From: Candidatus Gastranaerophilales bacterium
GTDB taxonomy: Bacteria > Cyanobacteriota > Vampirovibrionia > Gastranaerophilales > JAILCC01
NCBI GenBank assembly: GCA_045598245.1
Contig: JAZLLQ010000031.1
Location: 5,532 to 69,531 of the forward strand
DNA: 64,000 bases
Reading direction: 5' to 3'
The notes beneath the pieces were generated by a model. That model did no database searches. It saw only the letters and a program-made list of their open reading frames with translations, and had not been told where the DNA came from. Position 1 is the stretch's first letter. Each line of letters begins with the position of its first letter. The position numbers and the translations under genes are program-made. Of the stretch, positions 37,343-47,804 are shown one piece after another.

Positions 37343-38695
37343 ATGACGGAAATTAGTTCATCAAGCTCAAATACAAGCTATGAAATCAGAAAAAATAACG
37401 GTGCGCAAGATTCCGAAACATCTACTTCATCAGAAATTCTAGGCAGCACATTTTCTGATGATAATAACATAACAGTTTCTCAATCCGATAACGTATTCAA
37501 CAACACAAACGAAAATATAAAAAAATCATCCGAAGTTACAATTCCTATCGGTAATGCAGAAAAAGCGACTGCAGAACAGGATATTTCCGAAGTTGTAAGT
37601 TCAGAATCATATAAAACAATGACTTCTAAACAACATAAACTTGCAAATTTAAGAGTTACAAAAGAAGAAATAAGCAAAGCAAGAGCATTTTTAGATAGTA
37701 CCGCAAAAGAACTCGGTATTGACCCGACCGATATTCCGCAAAAAGAAAAAGATTTGTACATGGGTCTCTCTATAGCATATGAAAGAGGACTAATTTCAAA
37801 AGAAGAATTTATAAAAGCAGTGGAAGAATTCGGCAGCGAAGAAGTAACAAAAGCAGTTAAAGAAACTTTTACGGAAAGTACGGATCAGGTTGATGAAAAG
37901 AAAATGCAAAAAATCAGAAAAGTTATCAACCATGTCGGAAAAATGCGTGCTTTAAACAAATTAAGAATAGCTAATGGCATATTCGGAAAAGATAAAGAAG
38001 AAACTCAACGTTTAAGAGAAGAATACTTCTTAAAAACCGCAGGTGATGTTGAAAGATATCATAAAGAATTAATGAAAGATATTGATAATGCACTTCCTGC
38101 AGGTTGCAGTGAAGATGTCAGAAATGCAGCAATTGGAACAGCCGATGAAATTGTAAAATCCGAAATGAATAGTATCAGCACATTAACTAAAAACAGAGGC
38201 TATTCTGACAATTTTCAAAAACAATTAAAGAAAACTTATGAACAAATTTGGACAAGAATTATTGAAAATCGTCAAAAATTCATCGCATCTGTAAGCAGAT
38301 ATCTTAATCATAAAGTATTCATTAAAAAACTCGAATTGAAAGAAAGAAAAGAAATAGCCGATAAAAAACTTGAAGAAGCACAAATAGCTCAAGCTAATGC
38401 TACAAAAGCAAAAGAAAAAGCTAATCTTATTAAAGAAAATGCACAAAAAATGCTACGTTGGTTTGGTGTTGATGAAGATGCAAAGAAAAAAGACAAAATT
38501 AAATTTATACATGACCAGTCGCCACGACTCTTCGTAGACGGAAAATATGCAATGAGAGCAAAAAAATACGCCGAAGAAGAAGAATACGATGCAAATGCAG
38601 CAAAAAGACTTGCTCTAAAAGATGTTGAATGGGCTGAAAAATCACTGGCATACGCATCTGCACAAAGAGACGCATTTTTAATATTAATGTCGTAG
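37343..38695 (+). CDS. hypothetical Glu/Lys-rich coiled-coil protein (paralog 2)
   Basis: The track ORF starts at 37319, but that ATG lies within the inverted repeat. The ATG at 37343 follows AAGGAAAGAG and reproduces the box-to-start spacing of paralog 1. Ser-rich N-terminus, TKEEISKARAFL block, Lys/Glu-rich C-terminal half. Confidence 0.6.
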   Translation: MTEISSSSSNTSYEIRKNNGAQDSETSTSSEILGSTFSDDNNITVSQSDNVFNNTNENIKKSSEVTIPIGNAEKATAEQDISEVVSSESYKTMTSKQHKLANLRVTKEEISKARAFLDSTAKELGIDPTDIPQKEKDLYMGLSIAYERGLISKEEFIKAVEEFGSEEVTKAVKETFTESTDQVDEKKMQKIRKVINHVGKMRALNKLRIANGIFGKDKEETQRLREEYFLKTAGDVERYHKELMKDIDNALPAGCSEDVRNAAIGTADEIVKSEMNSISTLTKNRGYSDNFQKQLKKTYEQIWTRIIENRQKFIASVSRYLNHKVFIKKLELKERKEIADKKLEEAQIAQANATKAKEKANLIKENAQKMLRWFGVDEDAKKKDKIKFIHDQSPRLFVDGKYAMRAKKYAEEEEYDANAAKRLALKDVEWAEKSLAYASAQRDAFLILMS

Positions 38696-38698
38696 TTA

Positions 38699-39427
38699 TT
38701 AACCTATGCAGTCACAAATTGTAGCAAGTTTTGGAAGTGCTTCCTTACATTCATTCAATAATGAAAAGCCGTTTTTAGTCTTTTCAAGTTTATCGGGAAC
38801 ACCATTACCATCTTCATCCCTGTAACGATTCAATACTGTAACACCTGCTGTACCAACACCAAGTGTAGCACCTGTAGCTTTTAGAATACCATTACCTGCA
38901 TACAAAGCACCTTTTTGAGCACCTTTGCCCATTAACTTAAAGAACGCTTCCTGCTCTGCCTGAGTAACACCTTTTTTAGCAATACCTTCCATCGCTGTTG
39001 CAAATGCACCAAGAGCTTTATTTGTATTACGTGTAAAGAAAGAAGATACATTCGTAACTTCAGGGACAGGTCTGCCTTTCAAAGAAGTAACTCCTCTGTG
39101 AACAATAGCACCCAAATTATATAAAGGCTTTTCTAAAGATAATTTTTGTGTAATTTTCTTCAACGCACCGACAGACATTTTCTTAGCGGCATAGAAAGCA
39201 GCAGCGGCATAAAGTACTGTCGTTAGAAAAAACTTTGCAGGTGAGTCTTTTTTGTTTTCAGGTTTACTATCATTTATCAAATCTGCAATTGATGAAAAAT
39301 CAACTCTGTCCAATTTATCGGATAGGCCTGTCGGTCTGTCATAAATACCTGCTTCATTTTGAACAAGATCAACTACTTCACCTGAACCTTTAAAATTGTT
39401 ATAGGAATTAATTGCAGAAATTTGCAT
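38699..39427 (-). CDS. hypothetical 242-aa single-pass membrane protein (N-terminal tag family)
   Basis: GGTGAGG SD. N-terminus MQISAINSYNNFKGSGE. Central hydrophobic helix FFLTTVLYAAAAFYAA. Gly/Ala/Lys-rich C-terminal half. No family recognised. Confidence 0.6.
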   Translation of the reverse strand: MQISAINSYNNFKGSGEVVDLVQNEAGIYDRPTGLSDKLDRVDFSSIADLINDSKPENKKDSPAKFFLTTVLYAAAAFYAAKKMSVGALKKITQKLSLEKPLYNLGAIVHRGVTSLKGRPVPEVTNVSSFFTRNTNKALGAFATAMEGIAKKGVTQAEQEAFFKLMGKGAQKGALYAGNGILKATGATLGVGTAGVTVLNRYRDEDGNGVPDKLEKTKNGFSLLNECKEALPKLATICDCIG

Positions 39428-39587
39428 AAATTTTTTACCTCACCTTGTATATCGATTATACCAAAATGTCAAAAAAAATAAAGTTGCTAGTTGAATATTG
39501 TTACAATTTACAAAAATTTACAAAGCGTACACAGATAACACTTTTTTTCATATTGCTGTTTTATATATAATATAGGTTAGGATGTAT

Positions 39588-42380
39588 ATGAATATTGGCA
39601 AGATAAATATATTAAATAAAACAGGTTTTTATGGTGAACTTCCTGTTAAAGACACAAAGATTAATGATAACACACAGTTCAAAAACTCTTCGGAAGTGTT
39701 TTCAGACGCAGCCGCTCAGGCAATAACATCCATAAACGCTCCTGTACGGACATCTGCAACATTTATAAGAAATGTAGATTTACCGTACCTTAACCTGAGA
39801 GGAAACCTGTACGTTTTACCAAACGGACAGAAATGCCTTATTGCAAAAAAAGAAGGTCCTTGCATACTAAAAACATTCTTCAAAGTCGGCTCAATGAATG
39901 AACCTGATAAATTAAGAGGTATAAGCCACTTCATTGAACACAACTTATTTAACGGCTCTAAAAATTTAAAATCAAACGAATTTGTTGAAAATGTGAACAA
40001 AATGGGCGGACGCTATAATGCGTCAACAGGATATATAGGAACAGACTATTTTATCCAATCCCCCTTGCACACAGAAAAAGATTTGGAAGAATTTATAAAA
40101 ATGCATGCAGATATGCTTTCTAACCCTAAATTTAGTGAAGATATGCTTGCAAAAGAGAAAGGTCCTGTAATTTCCGAAATTCAAATGTTGGATGACAGCC
40201 CTCAAAACTTAGCCGCAAATACAGTTTTAAGAAATCTTTTTGGCATTAAATCTACAAGCAGTGACTTAATAGGCGGAAGCGTTGAAAACATAAAAAATCT
40301 TACAAGAGATGATGTTGTAAATTATTACAGACAGAATTACAATCCCAAAACAGCTTTAACCGTTGTAGTCGGCGATGTTGATGAGAAAAAAACATTACAA
40401 ATGTTAAGTGAAAATTTTGCTCAATTTAAAACTCCTGCCAACTTTAAACAACATTATGAAACTCTAACTCCGATAACGAAAAGCATTAATCAGCTTGTAT
40501 ATTCTCCTAATGCACAAGCAACGACAATACAAATAGGCTTTGCTTGTCCTTCTGACCCAAAAGAGTTAGCAGCAATAAATGTTTTAATAAGTGCATTAAC
40601 AGGATACGGAAATGCAAAACTGACAAAAGCAATGAGAGATATGAACCTGACAATAAGTTCAGGTATAGAAAAAATAGGCAACGCACCTAATGCCCCAACA
40701 GAAGTAACTTTTTCAACAACAACTTCCCATAATAATGAAGATGAAGTTTTAAAGACGATTTATCAAAAAATACATGAAACTACATACATGCCAATTTCCG
40801 CAGACGATTTACAAACGGCAAAAAACAAAATAAGAAATCAGGCAAACCACATGGCTGAATCTAATATGAGCATAGTTTCATATATAGGTGCAAATTTCAT
40901 CAACGGAAATGATATTGAAAGTATGATCGATTTTGAAAAAAATCTTAATAGTATAACAGCACAGGATGTCATGAATGCAGCAAGAAAATTTCTTGATTTA
41001 AATAAGGCATCTATTTGTGTTGTACGCCCACAAAAGCAAAGTAATGTGTCATTTTGCGGTATAAAAAAAGATTACGATATTAAAACCTACCAAACACCCA
41101 ATAATGCCAAAATAACAACACTGAACGTACCTAACGCCAAATTATATTCATTATCATATAATCTCAAAACAACTACTCCACCTAAAAGTATAGCAATACC
41201 GGCATTGCTTACAAGAATAATGACTAAAGGTACATCATTAATGTCTGAAGAAAACTTCTTGGACTTAAAAGATAAAAACAATATAGAAAGTTGTGTTTGG
41301 ATAACTCACAGAAGCGGCAATATAGATTTATCATTCCCAAAAGAAAGTCTGCAAACAGTACTCTCAGTAATACAACAAAACATGTATGCACCTGCTTTAA
41401 CTCAGGAAAATTTTGAAAAAGCGAAGAAGGAAATTAAAAATCTATATCTTTCCAGTCCTAAAAGTGCAGCGGACAGAGCTGATGAAGAAGTATTCCAAAA
41501 TTCTCCGGCTTGCTCATCGTTAAGAAAAATATGCGAAGAATTAGACAAAGTAAGTTTAAATGATGTTATAAATTATTATAACCAAATTATTGCATACCCT
41601 GAATGTAAAATCAGCCTTAGCGGAAATCTAGAAGATCCTGCAATACTTAATACAGTATATTCATCAATTACACAAAACGGCAGAATTTACAACCCAAATG
41701 AAGTAAAAATCAAATCTCAGGTAAAAGACTTACAAACAACCAAAGTAGTAACTGACACACAAGAACGAAATCAAGCAGATATTGTTCAAGCATTCAGTTT
41801 TCATGAAACCGGAAATATAAAAGACAGAGCAGCGTTTTTGCTTCTTAATGAAATTTTAGGCGGTAACAGCAACTCAAGGTTATTCCAGGATTTAAGAGAA
41901 AAACAAAAACTTGCATACCACGTAAGCTCATCATACGGTGCAGGCAGTCCTGAAACAAGAGGGGCGTTGGTTCTTAAAATAGGCACAACCACGGAAAATA
42001 AAAACAATCCTGAACAAAGTAAAAATCTCCAAAAAGCACTAAACGGCTTTAGAAATCATTTAAACAAGATAATTCACGAAGAAGTAACGGAGGACGAATT
42101 AAAAGCCGCAAAACTCCAAATAAAAAGTCAACTTGCATACAATTTAGAATCGACAGAAGGCAAAAACTCAATGCTTGTATCTTCAATGGGAACACTCTAT
42201 AAAACACAATACCTGCCACAACTATTAGCCGCCATTGATAATGCAACAGCAAAAGATATAAAAGCTATTGCAAATTACTATCTTACAAAACCAAGCGTAA
42301 TTTCCATAGTAGGCTCAAAGAAAACAATATCAGATAATGCAGAATATTTAAAAACTCTTGGCGAAGTTAAAAATTTCTGA
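39588..42380 (+). CDS. two-unit M16 (pitrilysin/insulinase) family zinc peptidase
   Basis: About 930 aa. Inverted zinc motif HFIEHNLFNGS (HxxEH) in the first unit. The second M16-like unit (residues ~500-930) has no HxxEH. ATG at 39588 with AGGA 6 nt upstream. N-terminus MNIGKINILNKTGFYGE. Confidence 0.85.
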   Translation: MNIGKINILNKTGFYGELPVKDTKINDNTQFKNSSEVFSDAAAQAITSINAPVRTSATFIRNVDLPYLNLRGNLYVLPNGQKCLIAKKEGPCILKTFFKVGSMNEPDKLRGISHFIEHNLFNGSKNLKSNEFVENVNKMGGRYNASTGYIGTDYFIQSPLHTEKDLEEFIKMHADMLSNPKFSEDMLAKEKGPVISEIQMLDDSPQNLAANTVLRNLFGIKSTSSDLIGGSVENIKNLTRDDVVNYYRQNYNPKTALTVVVGDVDEKKTLQMLSENFAQFKTPANFKQHYETLTPITKSINQLVYSPNAQATTIQIGFACPSDPKELAAINVLISALTGYGNAKLTKAMRDMNLTISSGIEKIGNAPNAPTEVTFSTTTSHNNEDEVLKTIYQKIHETTYMPISADDLQTAKNKIRNQANHMAESNMSIVSYIGANFINGNDIESMIDFEKNLNSITAQDVMNAARKFLDLNKASICVVRPQKQSNVSFCGIKKDYDIKTYQTPNNAKITTLNVPNAKLYSLSYNLKTTTPPKSIAIPALLTRIMTKGTSLMSEENFLDLKDKNNIESCVWITHRSGNIDLSFPKESLQTVLSVIQQNMYAPALTQENFEKAKKEIKNLYLSSPKSAADRADEEVFQNSPACSSLRKICEELDKVSLNDVINYYNQIIAYPECKISLSGNLEDPAILNTVYSSITQNGRIYNPNEVKIKSQVKDLQTTKVVTDTQERNQADIVQAFSFHETGNIKDRAAFLLLNEILGGNSNSRLFQDLREKQKLAYHVSSSYGAGSPETRGALVLKIGTTTENKNNPEQSKNLQKALNGFRNHLNKIIHEEVTEDELKAAKLQIKSQLAYNLESTEGKNSMLVSSMGTLYKTQYLPQLLAAIDNATAKDIKAIANYYLTKPSVISIVGSKKTISDNAEYLKTLGEVKNF

Positions 42381-43350
42381 TATTTTCTTTTAATTTTTTA
42401 ATATAAAAATCAACAATTTCTACAAGCGCATGCAGAAGAAGCGTAGAAGTATGTGTTTCTTCCTGCCAAGCCTTATACCCGCATATCTTAGGTAAAATCA
42501 TCAACGGATTTGTAGGAAAATCTCTGCATATATCAGGTCGATTTTCATAATCCGTACACAAATTATCTTTATTTTTCGGGCAATAATAAAAATAAACTTT
42601 TTCACCTTCGGGCAAAACTTCTCTCAAATAATCAATGTACTCTTTATAATAATTATATGCTTCCTCTTCGTTTTCATAAGGAACAAATACACTGGTAAAT
42701 TGTTTCGCAAAATTGTCATTATTTTTTGCTTTTTCCTTCAACTCTTCATAAGAAAATTCACTGCAAGCAAGTTTACAACACGTAGCACACCTTGCACAAT
42801 TGAATGAATTTTTATAAACAGAAATATTGTTAATTCTTTCTAAAATATCTTTTGACATTTCTTTTTCCAATTTTTCAAGAGCATCGACTTGCCATTGTCT
42901 GAAACCGCAAGTATCATGCAATACGGTATAAGCAGTTTGCGGATAAACAGAACAATACAAAGGCTTATCTTTACTTTTTTTGCAAACTCCTGTTTGATAA
43001 TACTGGCAATAATAAAACCAACAATCTTTATCCGTACTTTCTATGACTTTTTGAGCATACTCCAAATCAACTCTGAATGCTTCCATTTGATTTGTCTGTA
43101 AATCAACTTCTTCATTGAATCTTTGTGCCCCAAGAGGCAAAAAACTTTTCAGGAAATCATCATAGCCAAGCTCTCTAAGCTCTTTTGGCGAAAACTCAGA
43201 ATATCTTATTTTGCAACAACGGCGACAATTTCTGCAATAAGAAGGCGACTTTATATCATTAAGTTGCCTCTTGACCTCTTTCTCTGCTTGCGTAAAAAAC
43301 TCTCGATATATCTTTAATGTAGTATTTTGCTCTTTCCGTATCTCATTCAT
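42367..43350 (-). CDS. duplicated YkgJ-family cysteine-cluster (CxxCxxCC) protein
   Basis: Two modules, each with CxxCxxCC (CRNCRRCC; CARCATCC). The second also has the family's RPxxCRxFP-type motif (YENRPDICRDFP). The 3' end overlaps the convergent M16 gene by 14 nt. Confidence 0.65.
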   Translation of the reverse strand: MNEIRKEQNTTLKIYREFFTQAEKEVKRQLNDIKSPSYCRNCRRCCKIRYSEFSPKELRELGYDDFLKSFLPLGAQRFNEEVDLQTNQMEAFRVDLEYAQKVIESTDKDCWFYYCQYYQTGVCKKSKDKPLYCSVYPQTAYTVLHDTCGFRQWQVDALEKLEKEMSKDILERINNISVYKNSFNCARCATCCKLACSEFSYEELKEKAKNNDNFAKQFTSVFVPYENEEEAYNYYKEYIDYLREVLPEGEKVYFYYCPKNKDNLCTDYENRPDICRDFPTNPLMILPKICGYKAWQEETHTSTLLLHALVEIVDFYIKKLKENIRNF

Positions 43351-43351
43351 A

Positions 43352-44317
43352 TCAGAATTTTAATATAACCTTTAAAACACCTTTTGTTTGTGCGTACACA
43401 AATGCTTCTATAGCATTTTCAAAACCAAAAACTCTTGAAATCATTGGTTTTAAGTTTAATACTTTCTTTTCTAAAAGCCTTAACGCCGGTTTAAATTGTC
43501 CGCAGCGAGAACCCACTATTGTAATTTCATCAATAACAACAGGTGCGAGATTAAGAGGTTTTTCTGCAGCAACAGTACTCTTTAAAACAAGGACACCTCT
43601 CGGCTTTACAAGTGAAACAGCTTTTTCAAAACCGTCAACCGAACCTGTAGCATCGACCACAATATCATAAAACTTTGTTTCAACTGCATCTGTTAAAAAT
43701 TTTGTTTTTATCCCCTGTTTTTTCAAAATATCTAATTTATTTTCGTGCTTACCAATTGTAATAACATCAGCAGGAGTTGTTGATAAAACCAAAGATACAA
43801 GTAAACCCAATTTTCCGTCACCCAAAACTGCAATTTTATCGGCAGGCTTAATATGAACCTGCTCCAAAATTTCAAGTGCAGCAGCTAAAGGTTCAACCAA
43901 TATAGCATCTTCATCAGGAATACTTGCAGGTATTTCAATAACATTTTCAATCGGCAAAGTAAGATATTCCGCAAAAGCACCGTCTTTTTTAAAAATCCCT
44001 AAAGTTTGTCTGTTCTGACAATGTCGCTGCATATTATTATAACAATCAGGACATTTTCCGCACCCCAAGTTTATTTCGCCAGTCACTCTTTTTCCGATTA
44101 AAGATTTATCCAAAGAATTAACATCCTCAACTATTCCTAAAAACTCATGCCCGCAAATACCTTTAAAGCCCATATACCCATTTGTTATCTCAACATCTGT
44201 ATTACAAATTCCGGCATGTGTAACTTTTATAAGTACTTCACCTGATTTTGGAACAGGTTTCGGATAATCTTCCGTATATTTTAATTCATTATCAAAAACA
44301 AGTGCTTTCAATTTCAA
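43352..44317 (-). CDS. zinc-dependent medium-chain alcohol/polyol dehydrogenase
   Basis: GICNTDVEI...GHEFLGIVE (catalytic Zn). CGKCPDCYNNMQRHC (structural Zn). Rossmann VLGDGKLG. Confidence 0.85.
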   Translation of the reverse strand: MKLKALVFDNELKYTEDYPKPVPKSGEVLIKVTHAGICNTDVEITNGYMGFKGICGHEFLGIVEDVNSLDKSLIGKRVTGEINLGCGKCPDCYNNMQRHCQNRQTLGIFKKDGAFAEYLTLPIENVIEIPASIPDEDAILVEPLAAALEILEQVHIKPADKIAVLGDGKLGLLVSLVLSTTPADVITIGKHENKLDILKKQGIKTKFLTDAVETKFYDIVVDATGSVDGFEKAVSLVKPRGVLVLKSTVAAEKPLNLAPVVIDEITIVGSRCGQFKPALRLLEKKVLNLKPMISRVFGFENAIEAFVYAQTKGVLKVILKF

Positions 44318-44322
44318 ATTCC

Positions 44323-45051
44323 TTATTTAATCGTAAAAACAACAGTAACAGAGGCATCAACTCTTGACTCACCATCTTCAACGTTAACACCGTTAGAATC
44401 GGCAACATCAGCTGATGCCATTGCTTTCATCATTGTATAATTTCTTGAAGATGCAAATCGTGTCTGAGTAGAACAGCTGTAATCAATGTTATAAACAGAA
44501 TCAATGGTTTTTCCTAAAGGAGTAAGTATATTCATCGCTTCATTTTTAGCTTTTTGGGCAGCTTTTGCCGTTAATTCTTTACAAACATTTGTTGTGTTTT
44601 GCAGAGTAAAAGTGAGATTACTGACATTTGTTGCTCCATTTTTTATAGCCATATCAATAATTTTACCGGCTTTTTTGGTATCTTTGAGCGTAACCATCAA
44701 AGTATTCGTTACCGCATAACCTGTATGAACATTTTTTTTAGTAATACTATTATATTCATAATTTTGACGCAAATTGTAATTTGAGGTCTTAATTGTTTCG
44801 TTTTCATTCAAAGACTTTTTTATTATTTCGATAATTGCATTTGCTTTTTGATTATTCAAATCAACTGCTTTTTGGGAATTTTTATCAATGGTTTCAACAG
44901 TAAAAGTCATAGTAACGGTATCAGGAGAAACGTACGCATACTCACTTGCATGAGCAGTAATTTTGCCTTTGTTATCAAAAATGCTCACTTCGGCAAAAGC
45001 AGCAGATGTAAACAAACACAAAGCAAACAAACTAATGATTAATTTTTTCAT
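44323..45051 (-). CDS. SIMPL/DUF541-like periplasmic protein
   Basis: The ATG at 45051 gives the Sec signal MKKLIISLFALCLFTSAAFA. Length and pattern (VSPDTVTMTFTVET...QKAVDLNNQKANAII...) are typical of 26-kDa periplasmic SIMPL proteins. Confidence 0.5.
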   Translation of the reverse strand: MKKLIISLFALCLFTSAAFAEVSIFDNKGKITAHASEYAYVSPDTVTMTFTVETIDKNSQKAVDLNNQKANAIIEIIKKSLNENETIKTSNYNLRQNYEYNSITKKNVHTGYAVTNTLMVTLKDTKKAGKIIDMAIKNGATNVSNLTFTLQNTTNVCKELTAKAAQKAKNEAMNILTPLGKTIDSVYNIDYSCSTQTRFASSRNYTMMKAMASADVADSNGVNVEDGESRVDASVTVVFTIK

Positions 45052-45385
45052 TTTCTTCTTCCTCTTTAATTTTTTCCAAAAATTTTTCATAATCAACACT
45101 ATTCAGCTTATTTTCTGTAATTTGCCCTGCGTTAACGAATTTAAAATGTATTCTGCTTTTTAAATACCCATACAAAACAGATAATGCAGCAAACCACAAT
45201 AAAGATGCCTGAGATAAGCGGATTGTTCTTATGCCGAAATAATCACTGATAGTTGTATTCCATAAAAACTTTATACCGTAAACAGGAAATGCTACAAAAC
45301 TGCCAACTACGACAACAACAGCTATAATAGCGAGAATAATGCCTGACATACCGTTTAATTGAATGACTTTAAAATTCTTTTTCAT
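45032..45385 (-). CDS. small membrane protein (2 TM), unknown function
   Basis: 117 aa. Hydrophobic helices GIILAIIAVVVVVGSFVAFPVYGI and LLWFAALSVLYGYL. Acidic C-terminal tail. Tightly packed between ligA and the SIMPL gene. Confidence 0.5.
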   Translation of the reverse strand: MKKNFKVIQLNGMSGIILAIIAVVVVVGSFVAFPVYGIKFLWNTTISDYFGIRTIRLSQASLLWFAALSVLYGYLKSRIHFKFVNAGQITENKLNSVDYEKFLEKIKEEEENEKINH

Positions 45386-45388
45386 AAT

Positions 45389-47407
<2,019 letters not shown>

Positions 47408-47414
47408 TTACACT

Positions 47415-47804
47415 CTATATACCAAAGAAAATCCTATTACCGAGCTTAAACCCGAGAAAAGTTGATATAATACAAATAACTCCTGTTAAGACAATATACA
47501 ATATCGCCAAGAAATAGTTACCCGCTTTAATTAACTGTAAAGATTCAACCGAGAATGTACTTACCGTAGAAAGTCCTCCACAGAAACCAACAGTAGCAGC
47601 CAATTTCCAAGCAGGATTAAAAAATGGTCTGTTAAAGAAAAAAGCTAACAGAAAACCGATAACGAAACAAGAAATAAGATTAACTCCAAAAGTAGCAACA
47701 GGAAACGAGCAGGATATATAACGGGAGCATAAAACTCCTATCATATATCTCAAACTCGCACCAATTCCACCACCAATAAATACAGCTAGAAAGTTTAAAA
47801 TCAT
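47415..47804 (-). CDS. crcB: fluoride ion channel CrcB/FluC
   Basis: IGGGIGASLRY and GFCGGLSTVSTF motifs. The ATG at 47804 overlaps the upstream stop (ATGA). Confidence 0.85.
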   Translation of the reverse strand: MILNFLAVFIGGGIGASLRYMIGVLCSRYISCSFPVATFGVNLISCFVIGFLLAFFFNRPFFNPAWKLAATVGFCGGLSTVSTFSVESLQLIKAGNYFLAILYIVLTGVICIISTFLGFKLGNRIFFGI

